This document shows positions 9,126-18,694 of a stretch of DNA of 64,000 bases, piece after piece. The notes beneath the pieces were generated by a model that made no database searches, was not told the DNA's origin, and saw nothing but the letters and a program-made list of their open reading frames with translations. The position numbers and the translations under genes were made by a program. The stretch comes from an uncultured Candidatus Binatia bacterium. Its GTDB lineage: Bacteria; Desulfobacterota; Binatia; UBA9968; JAJDTQ01. Where the stretch lies: assembly GCA_965204205.1 (NCBI GenBank), contig OZ241976.1:1935293-1999292 (forward strand), read 5' to 3'. Within the stretch, counting starts at the first letter, position 1. The number at the start of each line of letters is the position of its first letter.

Positions 9126-10241
9126 ATGATACTCGCCATCGACAACACCGAAGCGGAGCAACTCCTCGACATGGAGATGAGCCTGGACGCTCTCGAAGAG
9201 ACCTACCGGGACCTGGGCACGGGCGCCTCCATCACCAGCCCACGAATCGACCTGCTGACTCCCGATTCCTATGTCGACGACGAGGGCAACACGCTTCCCG
9301 GCGCCCACAGCCTCAAGACCATGTCGGCCTCCACCCAGAAGTACGCGGCCATCCGCTTCCTTACGGACAAGCTCTACTGGCAGGAGCGCCACGGCAACTT
9401 TCGCCGCGACCGCACCCCGAGCACCCGGCGGTCCCACAGCGTGACACGGGGTCTGCTGTTCCTGTTCAGCCTGGAGAACGGCGACCTCCTGGCCCTCGTC
9501 AGCGAGGGGCACATCCGGAACCTCCGCGTGGGGGCGGCCGCCGGGCTGGCGGCGAGATATCTCGCCAAGCCCGACGCCTCCCGGGTCTGTGTGCTCGGCA
9601 CCGGCTTCATGGCCGGTGCCCACCTGGACGCGATGCTGAAAAGCGTCGAGGGGATCCGGTCGGTTCGGGTATTCAGCCCCAACCCGGACCACCGACAGCG
9701 TTTCGTCGAGGATCCCCGCTGGGAGGAATGCCCCGACGTGGCGGCCGTGGACAACGCCGAGGAGGCCGTCCGCGGCAGCGACATCGTGGTCATCGCGACC
9801 AACGCCCTGACTCCGGTGGTCCAGACCGGCTGGCTCGAACCCGGGCAATACGTCTGCACGGTGCGGCACTGCGAGATCTCGCCGGAGACCCTCGCCCGCT
9901 TCGACGTTCTCGCGGTCAACTCCAGGGACAACCTGGGACCGACAACCTTCGTTGCCAGGAACCAGCACGGCCCGCTGCCGCCGCAGGTGCTGCTGGATAT
10001 CGAAAAAGGCTATCCCCCGGGCGACGCGGTCAACATCGACTGGGCAAAGACGCCCGACCTGCCGGACCTGCTGCTGAATCGCCACCCGGGCCGGACCGAC
10101 TCCGACCAGATCACCTGCTTCAACAACAGCGTCGGCTTCGGGCTGCAGTTCGCCGCGTTGGCGGGGAAGGTGTACGAGGCGGCCGTGAGCAAGGGAGTCG
10201 GACGGGAGATACCCGAAGACCTGTTTCCGGATCTGTTTTGA
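9126..10241 (+). CDS. Ornithine cyclodeaminase/mu-crystallin family protein (paralog 3)
   Basis: LFSLENGDLLA, RVGAAAGLA, VLGTGFMA, GRTDSDQITCF. Confidence 0.88.
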   Translation: MILAIDNTEAEQLLDMEMSLDALEETYRDLGTGASITSPRIDLLTPDSYVDDEGNTLPGAHSLKTMSASTQKYAAIRFLTDKLYWQERHGNFRRDRTPSTRRSHSVTRGLLFLFSLENGDLLALVSEGHIRNLRVGAAAGLAARYLAKPDASRVCVLGTGFMAGAHLDAMLKSVEGIRSVRVFSPNPDHRQRFVEDPRWEECPDVAAVDNAEEAVRGSDIVVIATNALTPVVQTGWLEPGQYVCTVRHCEISPETLARFDVLAVNSRDNLGPTTFVARNQHGPLPPQVLLDIEKGYPPGDAVNIDWAKTPDLPDLLLNRHPGRTDSDQITCFNNSVGFGLQFAALAGKVYEAAVSKGVGREIPEDLFPDLF

Positions 10242-10309
10242 CCGGTCCGACGAAAGGTGGCGGTCTACGCCATGGGCCAACCCGGCCGGCTCCGAGACCT
10301 TCGGCCGGC

Positions 10310-10725
10310 TCAGACCTGCACGGCGGGCGGCGGCACCAGCGGAGTCTCGATGGGGTCCGTCCACAAGCGCGGCCGTCCCCTATCCTTCTCTATCACGATC
10401 CATTTGAGCCACGCCGCGTCGTCGCGGTCGGGGTAGTCCTCGCGCATGTGGCTCATGCGGCTTTCCCGGCGCAGCAGCGACGCTTCCAGCATCAACCGGG
10501 CGGTCTACACCATGCACCGGGTTTCTTGTCATCGGGCGTAACCACTACCATCCAGGCGTTGGAGAACGCGGTGTGGCCGGTCCGGCCCACCATGCGGGCG
10601 TCGAGCAGGGTGACGCGACCGTCCGGGAGGTGCCGCTTCGCGCTCAGCGCGGCCCAAAGCCCGCCGGCTCCCGCGCCCACAACCAGCACGTCGGTGTCGA
10701 TGAACCTGCCTATTTGCTCGAACAT
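10310..10725 (-). pseudogene. Internally deleted SdhA/FrdA/AprA-family flavoprotein
   Basis: N-terminal DVLVVGAGAGG FAD motif joined, out of frame, to C-terminal ETRCMV*TARLMLEASLLRRESRMSHMREDYP; only about 135 codons remain and there is an internal TAG. Confidence 0.8.
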
Positions 10726-10737
10726 TGGGCTTCCCGG

Positions 10738-10956
10738 CTACCAGGGGAGCGGGCGGCGTCTAACGATAGGGTGAACGTCGATGCACTGGACCGGACAGAA
10801 GATTTCGCAGTTGAAGCAGGTGACGCAGTGCTCGATGTGCTTGAGGACCGGCACCTGCCGGTCGCCCTGCTGCTCCATGTGGATCACGTCGGCAGGACAG
10901 ACGGGGTCGCAGTCGCCGCAACTCGTGCACTTCTGGAGGTCGATGTCGATGATCAT
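10738..10956 (-). CDS. 2[4Fe-4S] dicluster ferredoxin (AprB-like)
   Basis: Two CxxCxxCxxxCP motifs; directly upstream of the flavoprotein remnant. Confidence 0.9.
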   Translation of the reverse strand: MIIDIDLQKCTSCGDCDPVCPADVIHMEQQGDRQVPVLKHIEHCVTCFNCEIFCPVQCIDVHPIVRRRPLPW

Positions 10957-10996
10957 GACGGGGCCGGCGGTGGGGCGGGAGGTTCCCGCCCGGCGC

Positions 10997-11971
10997 TCAT
11001 GAATCCAGGCCCAGCAGCTTTGCCGCCGTGCCGCCCATGATCGCGTCCTTCTCGCCGTCGGTCAACGGCAGGCTCCGGATGGCTTCGATGTAGTCCCTGA
11101 GTGCGCCCATGCCCTTGCCGGTGTCGGTGCTGACGCCGGTGAAGTCCTGGGGATAGTCGGTGGCGAAGACCAGCCGTTCGGGGCGGATACCCTGCAGGGC
11201 GCAGCCCAGGGCGACGGTGCCTCCCTCGAAGCCCGCCATGTCGAAGTAGAGCATGTCGAAGTAATGCTCGAAGGGCTTGTCGAGAGTTCCGAAACGGTAC
11301 GCCTTGGCGACCAGCCGGTCCTTCACCCCTGCGATGCCGCCGCCGAAGTGGCCGATGACGAACTTGAGGCCGGGAAACCGCTCCAGAACGCCGCCGGCGA
11401 CGATGCGGGTGGCGGCCACGGCCAGGTCCACCTCACGTCCCAGGATGCGCGCCAGGTCGTAGTCAAGCAGCAGCTCGTAGCCCTGGGGGACCATGGCGGG
11501 ATGGACGAAGATGGGAACGTCGAGGGCGCTTACCGTCTCGTAGAACGGATAGAGCTGCTCCGAGTCCAGCGGCAGGCCCCGGAACTGCGAGGTGGTGGCC
11601 ACGCCGTGGAGCCCCAACTCGCCAATGGCCCGGTCGAATTCCGCCATGGCCGACGGACCGCCCAGGAGCGGCGCCTGGGCCAGCCCCACGAAGCGCCCGG
11701 GATAGTGGCGCTGCAACTCCGCCAAGCTGTCGTTGATTGCGCGGTTGTCCTCCAGGGTGGCATCCCAACCAAGGAGACATGACAGCACGGACACGTCCAC
11801 CCCGGCCTCGTCCATGTCGCGAAGCTGCATCTCGGCGTCGTAGAGGCGCGCGTGCATGGTCAGCCGGGGCACGCCCGTGTCGAGCTTGGCGAACGACGGT
11901 TCCTCGGAGTAGAGGCCGTGCTTCTTGGCGATCTCTTTGGGTACGTAGTGATGTTGGAAGTCGACGATCAT
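10997..11971 (-). CDS. Amidohydrolase-2 family protein (ACMSD/decarboxylase-like)
   Basis: DFQHH, DMDEAGVD, IFVHP, GHFGGG, FATDYP motifs. Confidence 0.88.
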   Translation of the reverse strand: MIVDFQHHYVPKEIAKKHGLYSEEPSFAKLDTGVPRLTMHARLYDAEMQLRDMDEAGVDVSVLSCLLGWDATLEDNRAINDSLAELQRHYPGRFVGLAQAPLLGGPSAMAEFDRAIGELGLHGVATTSQFRGLPLDSEQLYPFYETVSALDVPIFVHPAMVPQGYELLLDYDLARILGREVDLAVAATRIVAGGVLERFPGLKFVIGHFGGGIAGVKDRLVAKAYRFGTLDKPFEHYFDMLYFDMAGFEGGTVALGCALQGIRPERLVFATDYPQDFTGVSTDTGKGMGALRDYIEAIRSLPLTDGEKDAIMGGTAAKLLGLDS

Positions 11972-12010
11972 GGAGACCTCCGCGGCTTTAGAGAGAACCG
12001 CCCGATACCT

Positions 12011-12035
12011 GCGCGGGTTTGAAACCCGACCCTAC
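12011..12035 (-). repeat. GTAG-type REP element
   Basis: GTAGGGTCGGGTTTCAAACCCGCGC on the minus strand; near-identical copy at 41566. Confidence 0.7.
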
Positions 12036-12103
12036 GCCCGGATCATATCGAGTGCGTAGAAGCATATGATTCGGGTTGGCCGAAGGCGTAACCCGACTCC
12101 GCA

Positions 12104-13192
12104 TCACGGAGACGGCGAGTAGCCCTTGTCCAGCCATTCGCCCAGGTCGGCGCCGAACCACTCGGTGGGGAGCTCGCGTCCGATGCCCTTCTTCTTGCAC
12201 TCCTCGTAGATCACCGCGCCTGCGGCGGCGAACTGGATCCCCACGCCGGTGTTGCTCTTGTAGTAGATGATTTCGTCATCGTTTTTTCGGCCGGGGTTTT
12301 CGCCGATGAGGACCTGGCCCAGCTCGCAGATATTGTCCCAGCTTATCTTGCCCTCGTCGATGAGATCGAGCATCTCGCGCTGCTGGTTGGTGAGCGAGGT
12401 CTGGCGGTTGTTGAGCACGATCAGGTCGGCCCGGAGGAAGGTGGTGGCGTCGGCCTCGGTGCGGCTGTGTACGCCGTCGCTGTTGACGATGGTGGTGACG
12501 AACTGACCGGGCACGAGCCACTCGCCGTCGAACACCGGCGCGCTGGCGTTGGTGGCGCACATGACGATGTCCGCGCCCTCCACCACCGCCCGGGCGTTGT
12601 CCACCGGGCGCACCTGCACGTCCAGCTTGCCGGTCATCTCCATGGCGAAGCGTTCCCGGTGCTCCTTCGTGACGCTGTAGACGCGCACCTCGCGCACGTC
12701 ACGTACCGCGCAGATGGCGGCGAGGTTCTGCTCGGCCTCGTTGCCCGAGCCGAACAGCCCCACCACCCGGCTGTCCTCGCGGGACAGCGCGCGGGTGGCG
12801 ACGCCGGTGGTCGCGCCCACCCGGATCGAGGAGAGGCTGAAGTCGTGGATGATGGCCAGGGGCTGGGCGTCCTCCAGGCTGAAGAGCAGCACGAACCCCC
12901 AGCTCCGGCGCGCGGGGTAGGGATAGTCCATGCGCTTCAAACCGTCCACGACCCGCTCCCGGACGACGATGGAGTCGTAGCGGAGCGCCGCCACACCGGA
13001 ACTCGGCACCGCGCCGGGAATGATGTTGGCCATGTAGCCGTCGGAATCCCGGTCCGGCGGCACCTTGTAGCGGGTACGAGGCCTGTTGACCGCGATCCCC
13101 CGCGCCTCCTCGGCGAAAGCGCGCTCCATGTCGTCGATGATGTTCTCCACCCGAAGCACCTGCTTCACGTCGGGATCGGTGATCAGCAGCAT
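12104..13192 (-). CDS. Ornithine cyclodeaminase/mu-crystallin family protein (paralog 4)
   Basis: RVGATTGVA, GLFGSGNEA, GRKNDDEIIYYKSNTG. Confidence 0.9.
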   Translation of the reverse strand: MLLITDPDVKQVLRVENIIDDMERAFAEEARGIAVNRPRTRYKVPPDRDSDGYMANIIPGAVPSSGVAALRYDSIVVRERVVDGLKRMDYPYPARRSWGFVLLFSLEDAQPLAIIHDFSLSSIRVGATTGVATRALSREDSRVVGLFGSGNEAEQNLAAICAVRDVREVRVYSVTKEHRERFAMEMTGKLDVQVRPVDNARAVVEGADIVMCATNASAPVFDGEWLVPGQFVTTIVNSDGVHSRTEADATTFLRADLIVLNNRQTSLTNQQREMLDLIDEGKISWDNICELGQVLIGENPGRKNDDEIIYYKSNTGVGIQFAAAGAVIYEECKKKGIGRELPTEWFGADLGEWLDKGYSPSP

Positions 13193-13419
13193 TGGCAACT
13201 CCCCTGTTCTATGCGTTGGATCGGTCCTGCGCGCCTCGGCGCCGGACTCACGGGTATCGAAACGCCTTTCCTGACGGACAGTCCCTGTCTACCAGATCGG
13301 CGTCGGCGTGACGAACACGCCCGGCGCCGTGCGTCTTGCCGCCCTCCGCGCCCCTCTGGTACACTCGAATCCATGACGTGACGGGAGTCCGACCCGTCAC
13401 GCTCGCAGTTCCACTTCAC

Positions 13420-13495
13420 GAGCCGTTAGCTCAGCAGGTAGAGCATCTGCCTTTTAAGCAGAGGGTCGCCGGTTCGATCCCGGCACGGCTCACCA
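13420..13495 (+). tRNA. tRNA-Lys (anticodon UUU)
   Basis: 76 nt; acceptor GAGCCGT/ACGGCTC, D-arm GCTC..GAGC, anticodon stem TCTGC/GCAGA with loop CTTTTAA, GGTTCGATCC T-arm, encoded CCA. Confidence 0.97.
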
Positions 13496-13577
13496 ACGAT
13501 TTCATGCCTTGGGCGGTTTCGACTACCACGGCGGGCTGGTCCGCAATGATCCCGGCAGACGGGAAGGAGCAACGCCA

Positions 13578-13907
13578 ATGCTGAAAGCAGTAGCTTTGAC
13601 TACCCTGGCCCTTCTGGTTCTCTCCGCCGTAGCATACGCGGATCCGCCTTCCATCCGAACGCGCACAACACGACATGGCACGGACCGAGATACCTGCCTG
13701 ACAAACGTTGAGAGCGTAATGAAGCAATTGGGCTTCAGGAATCTCGACGTTGACAAGGATGATGTGGAAGGCTCAAAAGGCGACTACGCCGCGGAAGTCC
13801 GCTGCGGGCGAAGGTCCGTCCAAGCCATTGTGGCCGGCCCGATCGATGCCGATGCGGGTGAACTGCGAGACGACATCATTGAACGAGTGAAGGCGCTGCG
13901 GCCGTAG
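13578..13907 (+). CDS. Hypothetical secreted protein
   Basis: GGAAGGAG RBS; Sec signal peptide MLKAVALTTLALLVLSAVAYA-D; two Cys. Confidence 0.7.
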   Translation: MLKAVALTTLALLVLSAVAYADPPSIRTRTTRHGTDRDTCLTNVESVMKQLGFRNLDVDKDDVEGSKGDYAAEVRCGRRSVQAIVAGPIDADAGELRDDIIERVKALRP

Positions 13908-14216
13908 GGTTAACCGTCTCGGATCAGCCCCGTTGCTGACGCCGCTTCGGTTATCGGCATTCCAGCCCGTGGGGTTTCCCACCGCCACCTCTGAATAATA
14001 CCAAGCGCGTTCGTGCCAATCGTAAATCGGATTTACAATTAGCACATGTTGATCGAGCGTACAGTCACCGGAGCCGTCACGGATGATCTTGCACACTTCC
14101 CTGCCGTGGCCGGTCGACGCTGCAATCTCCGGGATGTACGGCTCTTTCAGGACCCGTGCCGGCGACGAGATTGATCGGGTCGTAGAGCGAAAGGAAGAGC
14201 GCCTGGGTTTCCCGGA

Positions 14217-14654
14217 TCAGCTCAGCGTCCACTCCTCCCCTTCGATGGGGTCGCCGTCGACGCACACGTAGTCCATCTCGTCTTCCGTGCGGGGGTTTTC
14301 TCCCGTGGCGTCGACTCGGCGGATCTCTTTTCGATCCGGTTTGTAGGCAGCGAAACGCAGCAACGCCAGCGCCGTGTCGCCGGTGCTCTCGAACTGGTAG
14401 TAGTGCCCTTCCGGGAGAAGGATGCCGTCGCCCTTGCCCAGCACGGTGGCCTTCTCGTCCTTGTCGAAGAAAGTCGCCTCGCCGTCCAGGACCACGAACA
14501 TGTGGTCCTCGCCCGGGTGGGTATGCAGCTTGTTCTTGCGGCCGGGGGCATAGTAGTTGAGGCCGCTCATCAGGACGTCGGTCCGCACCAGCGGCATATG
14601 GCTGCGGCCGCCGGTAATGCAGGGCGTCTTGACGGTAAAGGTCTGGGCTCCCAT
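14217..14654 (-). CDS. Cupin-domain protein
   Basis: LHTHPGEDHMFVVLDGE cupin motif; AAGGAGG RBS. Confidence 0.85.
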   Translation of the reverse strand: MGAQTFTVKTPCITGGRSHMPLVRTDVLMSGLNYYAPGRKNKLHTHPGEDHMFVVLDGEATFFDKDEKATVLGKGDGILLPEGHYYQFESTGDTALALLRFAAYKPDRKEIRRVDATGENPRTEDEMDYVCVDGDPIEGEEWTLS

Positions 14655-14756
14655 ATTTCACCTCCTTGGGGACGGTTGATGCTCCGAGGGTCTTGCTTAG
14701 TGGCCTATCCCCCATTCGGTTAGAAATTTCAAGGTCCATTGGCTAGGATGATCGGA

Positions 14757-15398
14757 ATGGATCCCACCTACCTCATCTTGGTGCGGCACGGTGAAACCCA
14801 CTGGAACATCGAGGGCCGCCGGCAGGGCCACCTGGACAGCACCCTCACGGACAAGGGGCGCGCCCAGGCGGAGGCGCTGTCCGAGCGGTTCACCCCCGAA
14901 AGCTGCACGGCCATCTACAGCAGCGACCTCGGGCGGGCGTTCGATACCGCCAGGATCATCGCCGCGAAGACCGGCCACGAGGTCGTCGCCGACCAGCGCC
15001 TGCGCGAGCGCAACCTGGGCATCTTCCAGGGACTTGACGGCGAAGAGATCCGCGCGCGCTATCCGACCGAGTACGAGGAGCATCGCAACGGCGGCGCCGA
15101 CCACGCCGTACCCTCGGGAGAGAGCTTCCGGGACCAGACCGCGCGCAACATGGAGTGCCTGGAGGAGCTGGCCCGGCGCCACGCCGGGGAGATCATCATG
15201 GTGGTCACCCACGGCGGCGTTCTGAGCGCGCTGTTCCGGCACACCCTGGCCATTCCGCTGGACGCGCCCCGGCGTTTTTCGTTCAAGAACGCCAGCGTCA
15301 ACCTCTTCAAGTTTCAGGACGGTGTCTGGGGACTGGAGACCTGGGGCGACATCGCCCACCTCGAACAACTCGGCGCCCTCGACCTTTCCTATTTCTGA
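14757..15398 (+). CDS. Histidine phosphatase family protein (phosphoglycerate mutase-like)
   Basis: LVRHGET, SSDLGRA, LRERNLG, GES, VTHGG motifs. Confidence 0.9.
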   Translation: MDPTYLILVRHGETHWNIEGRRQGHLDSTLTDKGRAQAEALSERFTPESCTAIYSSDLGRAFDTARIIAAKTGHEVVADQRLRERNLGIFQGLDGEEIRARYPTEYEEHRNGGADHAVPSGESFRDQTARNMECLEELARRHAGEIIMVVTHGGVLSALFRHTLAIPLDAPRRFSFKNASVNLFKFQDGVWGLETWGDIAHLEQLGALDLSYF

Positions 15399-15438
15399 CG
15401 GTACGGATACTCGCGTCAGCGGCCGGGGTAAACACGAC

Positions 15439-16320
15439 ATGGACAACGAAAGATCGGCAGGAGCCCGTTTCCGGAACGCGGTGCGGGAAGAACGCCCGCT
15501 CCAGGTCGTCGGCGCCATCAACGCCTACTGCGCCCTGTTGGCCCAGCGACAGGGCTTTCGCGCGCTTTACCTTTCCGGCGCGGGTGTCGCCAATGCCTCC
15601 TTCGCCCAGCCGGACCTGGGAATCACCACGCTGAACGACGTGCTCGAGGACGTGCGGCGGATCACCGCGGCGAGCCCGCTTCCGCTCCTGGTGGACATCG
15701 ACACCGGCTGGGGCACGGCCTTCAACATCTCCCGCACCATCCGCGAGATGATCCGGGCTCAGGCCGCGGCCGTGCACATGGAGGACCAGGTCCAGGCCAA
15801 GCGATGCGGCCACCGGCCCAACAAGCAGATCGTCCCCACGGACGAGATGGTGGACCGCATCAAGGCCGCGGCCGACGGACGTACCGACGAGCAGTTCGTG
15901 ATCATGGCGCGCACCGACGCCTTCGCCAGCGAAGGGTTGGACGCCGCGTTGGAACGGGTTCAACGTTACGTGGAGGCGGGGGCTGACATGATCTTCCCGG
16001 AGGCCGTATACACGCTGGAACACTACCGCGCCTTCTGCCATGGCGTGGACGTGCCGGTGCTGGCCAACATGACCGAGTTCGGCAAGACGCCGCTGTTCGG
16101 CGTGGACGAGCTCCGGGAGGCCGGGGTAGGGATCGTGCTCTACCCGCTGTCGGCGTTCCGGGCCATGAGCCAAACGGCCATGGACGTCTACCGCACGATC
16201 CGCGAGGACGGCACCCAGAGCGGCCTGACGGAACGGATGCAGACCCGCGAACAGCTTTACGACGTCCTGGGCTACCACGACTACGAGCAGAAGCTGGACG
16301 CCCTCTTCAGCAAGGAATGA
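15439..16320 (+). CDS. prpB: 2-methylisocitrate lyase
   Basis: [35 protein letters not shown] motifs. Confidence 0.95.
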   Translation: MDNERSAGARFRNAVREERPLQVVGAINAYCALLAQRQGFRALYLSGAGVANASFAQPDLGITTLNDVLEDVRRITAASPLPLLVDIDTGWGTAFNISRTIREMIRAQAAAVHMEDQVQAKRCGHRPNKQIVPTDEMVDRIKAAADGRTDEQFVIMARTDAFASEGLDAALERVQRYVEAGADMIFPEAVYTLEHYRAFCHGVDVPVLANMTEFGKTPLFGVDELREAGVGIVLYPLSAFRAMSQTAMDVYRTIREDGTQSGLTERMQTREQLYDVLGYHDYEQKLDALFSKE

Positions 16321-16342
16321 ACCGACCCTCCCCGCACCTGCC

Positions 16343-17800
16343 ATGAGCGACTCTTCCGTACGCGACGCCCAGCGCCCCCAGGCCGACGCGGTCCTCTCCG
16401 ACATGGCCGCCTACGCCCTCTCCGGCGGACCGTTTTCCGACGAAGCCCGGGAGACCGCACGTCTCTGTCTCATGGACAGTCTGGGCTGCGCCCTGGCGGC
16501 GCTGGAGTTTCCGGCCTGCACCAGGTTGCTGGGGCCGGTGGTGCCCGGCGCGGTCATGCCCGGCGGCGCCCGGGTGCCCGGCACCGCCTACGAGCTGGAC
16601 CCCGTCCAGGCCGCCTTCAACGTCGGCGCCATGATCCGTTGGCTCGACTTCAACGACACTTTCCTGGCCGCGGAGTGGGGCCACCCTTCCGACAACCTGG
16701 GAGCGATCCTGGCGGTGGCCGACTACCTCGACCGGGGCGCGGACGCGGGCGGCGGCGTCACCATGGGCGACGTGCTGACGGCCATGATCAAGGCCCACGA
16801 GATCCAGGGGGTCATCGCCCTGGAGAACGGTTTCAACCGCGTGGGGCTCGACCACGTGCTGCTGGTGCGGGTGGCCAGCACCGCGGTGGCGACGGCCATG
16901 CTCGGCGGCTCGGAGGAACAGGTGGTGAACGCCCTCTCCAACGCCTGGATCGACGGCGGCGCGCTCCGCACCTACCGCCACGCGCCCAACACCGGATCGC
17001 GCAAGAGCTGGGCCGCCGGCGACGCCACCAGCCGCGCCGTGCGCCTGGCGCTGATGGCGCTCCAGGGCGAGATGGGCTATCCGTCCGCGCTCTCGGCCAA
17101 GGGCTGGGGCTACTACGACGTGCTCTTCAAGGGCCGCCCGTTCTCGTTCAGCCAGCCCTACGGCGGCTACGTCATGGAGAACGTGCTGTTCAAGATCTCC
17201 TTTCCCGCGGAGTTCCACGCCCAGACCGCGGTGGAGGCGGCGCTGCAACTTCACGGCGCGGTCGGGGACCGGATCGACGACATCGAGCGCATCGACATCG
17301 AGACCCAGGAAGCGGGCTCCCGCATCATCGACAAGACCGGCCCGCTGGACAACCCAGCGGACCGCGACCATTGCCTGCAGTACATGGTGGCGGTCCCGCT
17401 GATCTACGGCGAGCTCACCGCGCGGCATTACGAGGACGAGGTCGCCGTGGACCCGCGCATCGACGCGCTGCGCGACAAGATGGCAGTTCGGGAGAACCCG
17501 CAATTCACCGTGGACTACATGGACCCGGACAAGCGAGCCATCGGCAACGCGGTCCAGGTGCACTTCAAGGGCGGCGCCTCCACCGAGCGGGTGGAGGTGC
17601 CGTACCCCATCGGCCACCGCAGGCGGCGCAGCGAAGCCGTGCCGCTCCTGGAAGCGAAGTTCGAGCGCCACCTCGCCGCGCGGCTGTCCCAGGGCCAGTG
17701 CGACGCAATCCTTGGGGCATGCGCCTCCCGCGACGTCCTGGAACCGATGCGGGTGAGCGCGTTCATGGACGCCTGGGTGGCGGAGGACGGAAACGGATGA
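16343..17800 (+). CDS. prpD: 2-methylcitrate dehydratase
   Basis: [56 protein letters not shown]; follows prpB. Confidence 0.95.
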   Translation: MSDSSVRDAQRPQADAVLSDMAAYALSGGPFSDEARETARLCLMDSLGCALAALEFPACTRLLGPVVPGAVMPGGARVPGTAYELDPVQAAFNVGAMIRWLDFNDTFLAAEWGHPSDNLGAILAVADYLDRGADAGGGVTMGDVLTAMIKAHEIQGVIALENGFNRVGLDHVLLVRVASTAVATAMLGGSEEQVVNALSNAWIDGGALRTYRHAPNTGSRKSWAAGDATSRAVRLALMALQGEMGYPSALSAKGWGYYDVLFKGRPFSFSQPYGGYVMENVLFKISFPAEFHAQTAVEAALQLHGAVGDRIDDIERIDIETQEAGSRIIDKTGPLDNPADRDHCLQYMVAVPLIYGELTARHYEDEVAVDPRIDALRDKMAVRENPQFTVDYMDPDKRAIGNAVQVHFKGGASTERVEVPYPIGHRRRRSEAVPLLEAKFERHLAARLSQGQCDAILGACASRDVLEPMRVSAFMDAWVAEDGNG

Positions 17801-17812
17801 GGAGGAACGTGA

Positions 17813-18613
17813 ATGCGATGGTGCAGATTCCAACACGACGGTAAAACCGCCTTCGGCATCATCGATGACGCGGACACCGTAACCGTCATCGGGGGCAGCC
17901 CGTTCGAGAACTACACCGTCACCGGCGAGACCCACGCCCTGGACGAGGTCAAGCTGCTGGCGCCGGTGGTGCCGCCGACCTTCTATGCCGCGGGGGTCAA
18001 CTACCGCGAGCACGTAACTTTCGCCGCCGAGGTGCGCGGGGAAGAGCCGGCGTTTCCGGCCAAACCCGACGTGGGCTACCGCGCGGTCAACGCGCTGGCG
18101 GCACACGAAGACGCCATCGTCATCCCCCATGACGCCTCGGAGCTGGTGCAGTACGAGGGCGAGCTGGTGGCGGTCATCGGCCGGAAGTGCCGCAACGTCC
18201 CCGAGGACGAGGCGCTGGACTACGTGTTCGGCTACACCATCGGCAACGACGTGAGCGAGCGCACCTGGCAGAGGTCCGACCGGACCCTCTGGCGCGCCAA
18301 GAACACCGACACCTTCAAGCCCATGGGCCCGTGGATCGTCACCGACCTCGACCCCGACGACCTGCACGTCACCATCACGTTGAACGACCGGGTGGTGGGC
18401 GAATACGACGTGAAGGACGCCATCTTCGGGGTCGCCCGCTACATCAGCGCCATGAGCCGCTACCTGACCCTGGTGCCCGGAGACGTCCTGTGGATGGGCA
18501 CGGACGGCGCCACCGAGAACATGAAGGACGGCGACGTGGTGGCGGTGGACGTCAGCCACATCGGCACGCTGCGCAATCCGGTTCGGCGGGAAGCCGAACC
18601 CGCGCGAGGCTAG
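17813..18613 (+). CDS. Fumarylacetoacetate hydrolase family protein
   Basis: YEGELVAVIG, GYTIGNDVS, AKNTDTFKPMGP motifs. Confidence 0.9.
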   Translation: MRWCRFQHDGKTAFGIIDDADTVTVIGGSPFENYTVTGETHALDEVKLLAPVVPPTFYAAGVNYREHVTFAAEVRGEEPAFPAKPDVGYRAVNALAAHEDAIVIPHDASELVQYEGELVAVIGRKCRNVPEDEALDYVFGYTIGNDVSERTWQRSDRTLWRAKNTDTFKPMGPWIVTDLDPDDLHVTITLNDRVVGEYDVKDAIFGVARYISAMSRYLTLVPGDVLWMGTDGATENMKDGDVVAVDVSHIGTLRNPVRREAEPARG

Positions 18614-18637
18614 GAGCCGGTCCCAAGAGAAATGGTG

Positions 18638-18674
18638 CCCTTCGACTTCGCTCCGCTACGCTCAGGACGAACGG
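18638..18674 (+). repeat. Intergenic dispersed repeat (CCTTCGACTTCGCTC...CTCAGGACGAACGG family)
   Basis: Inverted copy with one indel at 56639-56675; variant at 36832-36877. Confidence 0.75.
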
Positions 18675-18694
18675 AGTAAGGGTTCCAACCACCG

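Noticed and set aside
7851-10364. 837-aa minus-strand ORF and other long antisense or alternate-frame ORFs (e.g. 8156-10774, 16307-18559, 28262-30532, 41352-43763, 49824-52043)
   Set aside because: Shadow ORFs overlapping genes with clear family motifs; expected from high GC3 codon bias; the translations have no motifs
10495-10510. In-frame TAG in the flavoprotein C-terminal fragment as pyrrolysine read-through
   Set aside because: The gene is already broken by a large deletion and frameshift; no pyl genes or methylamine methyltransferase context
13420-14216. Intact prophage or integrative element at tRNA-Lys
   Set aside because: No integrase, and no duplicated tRNA 3' end (att) seen in the window
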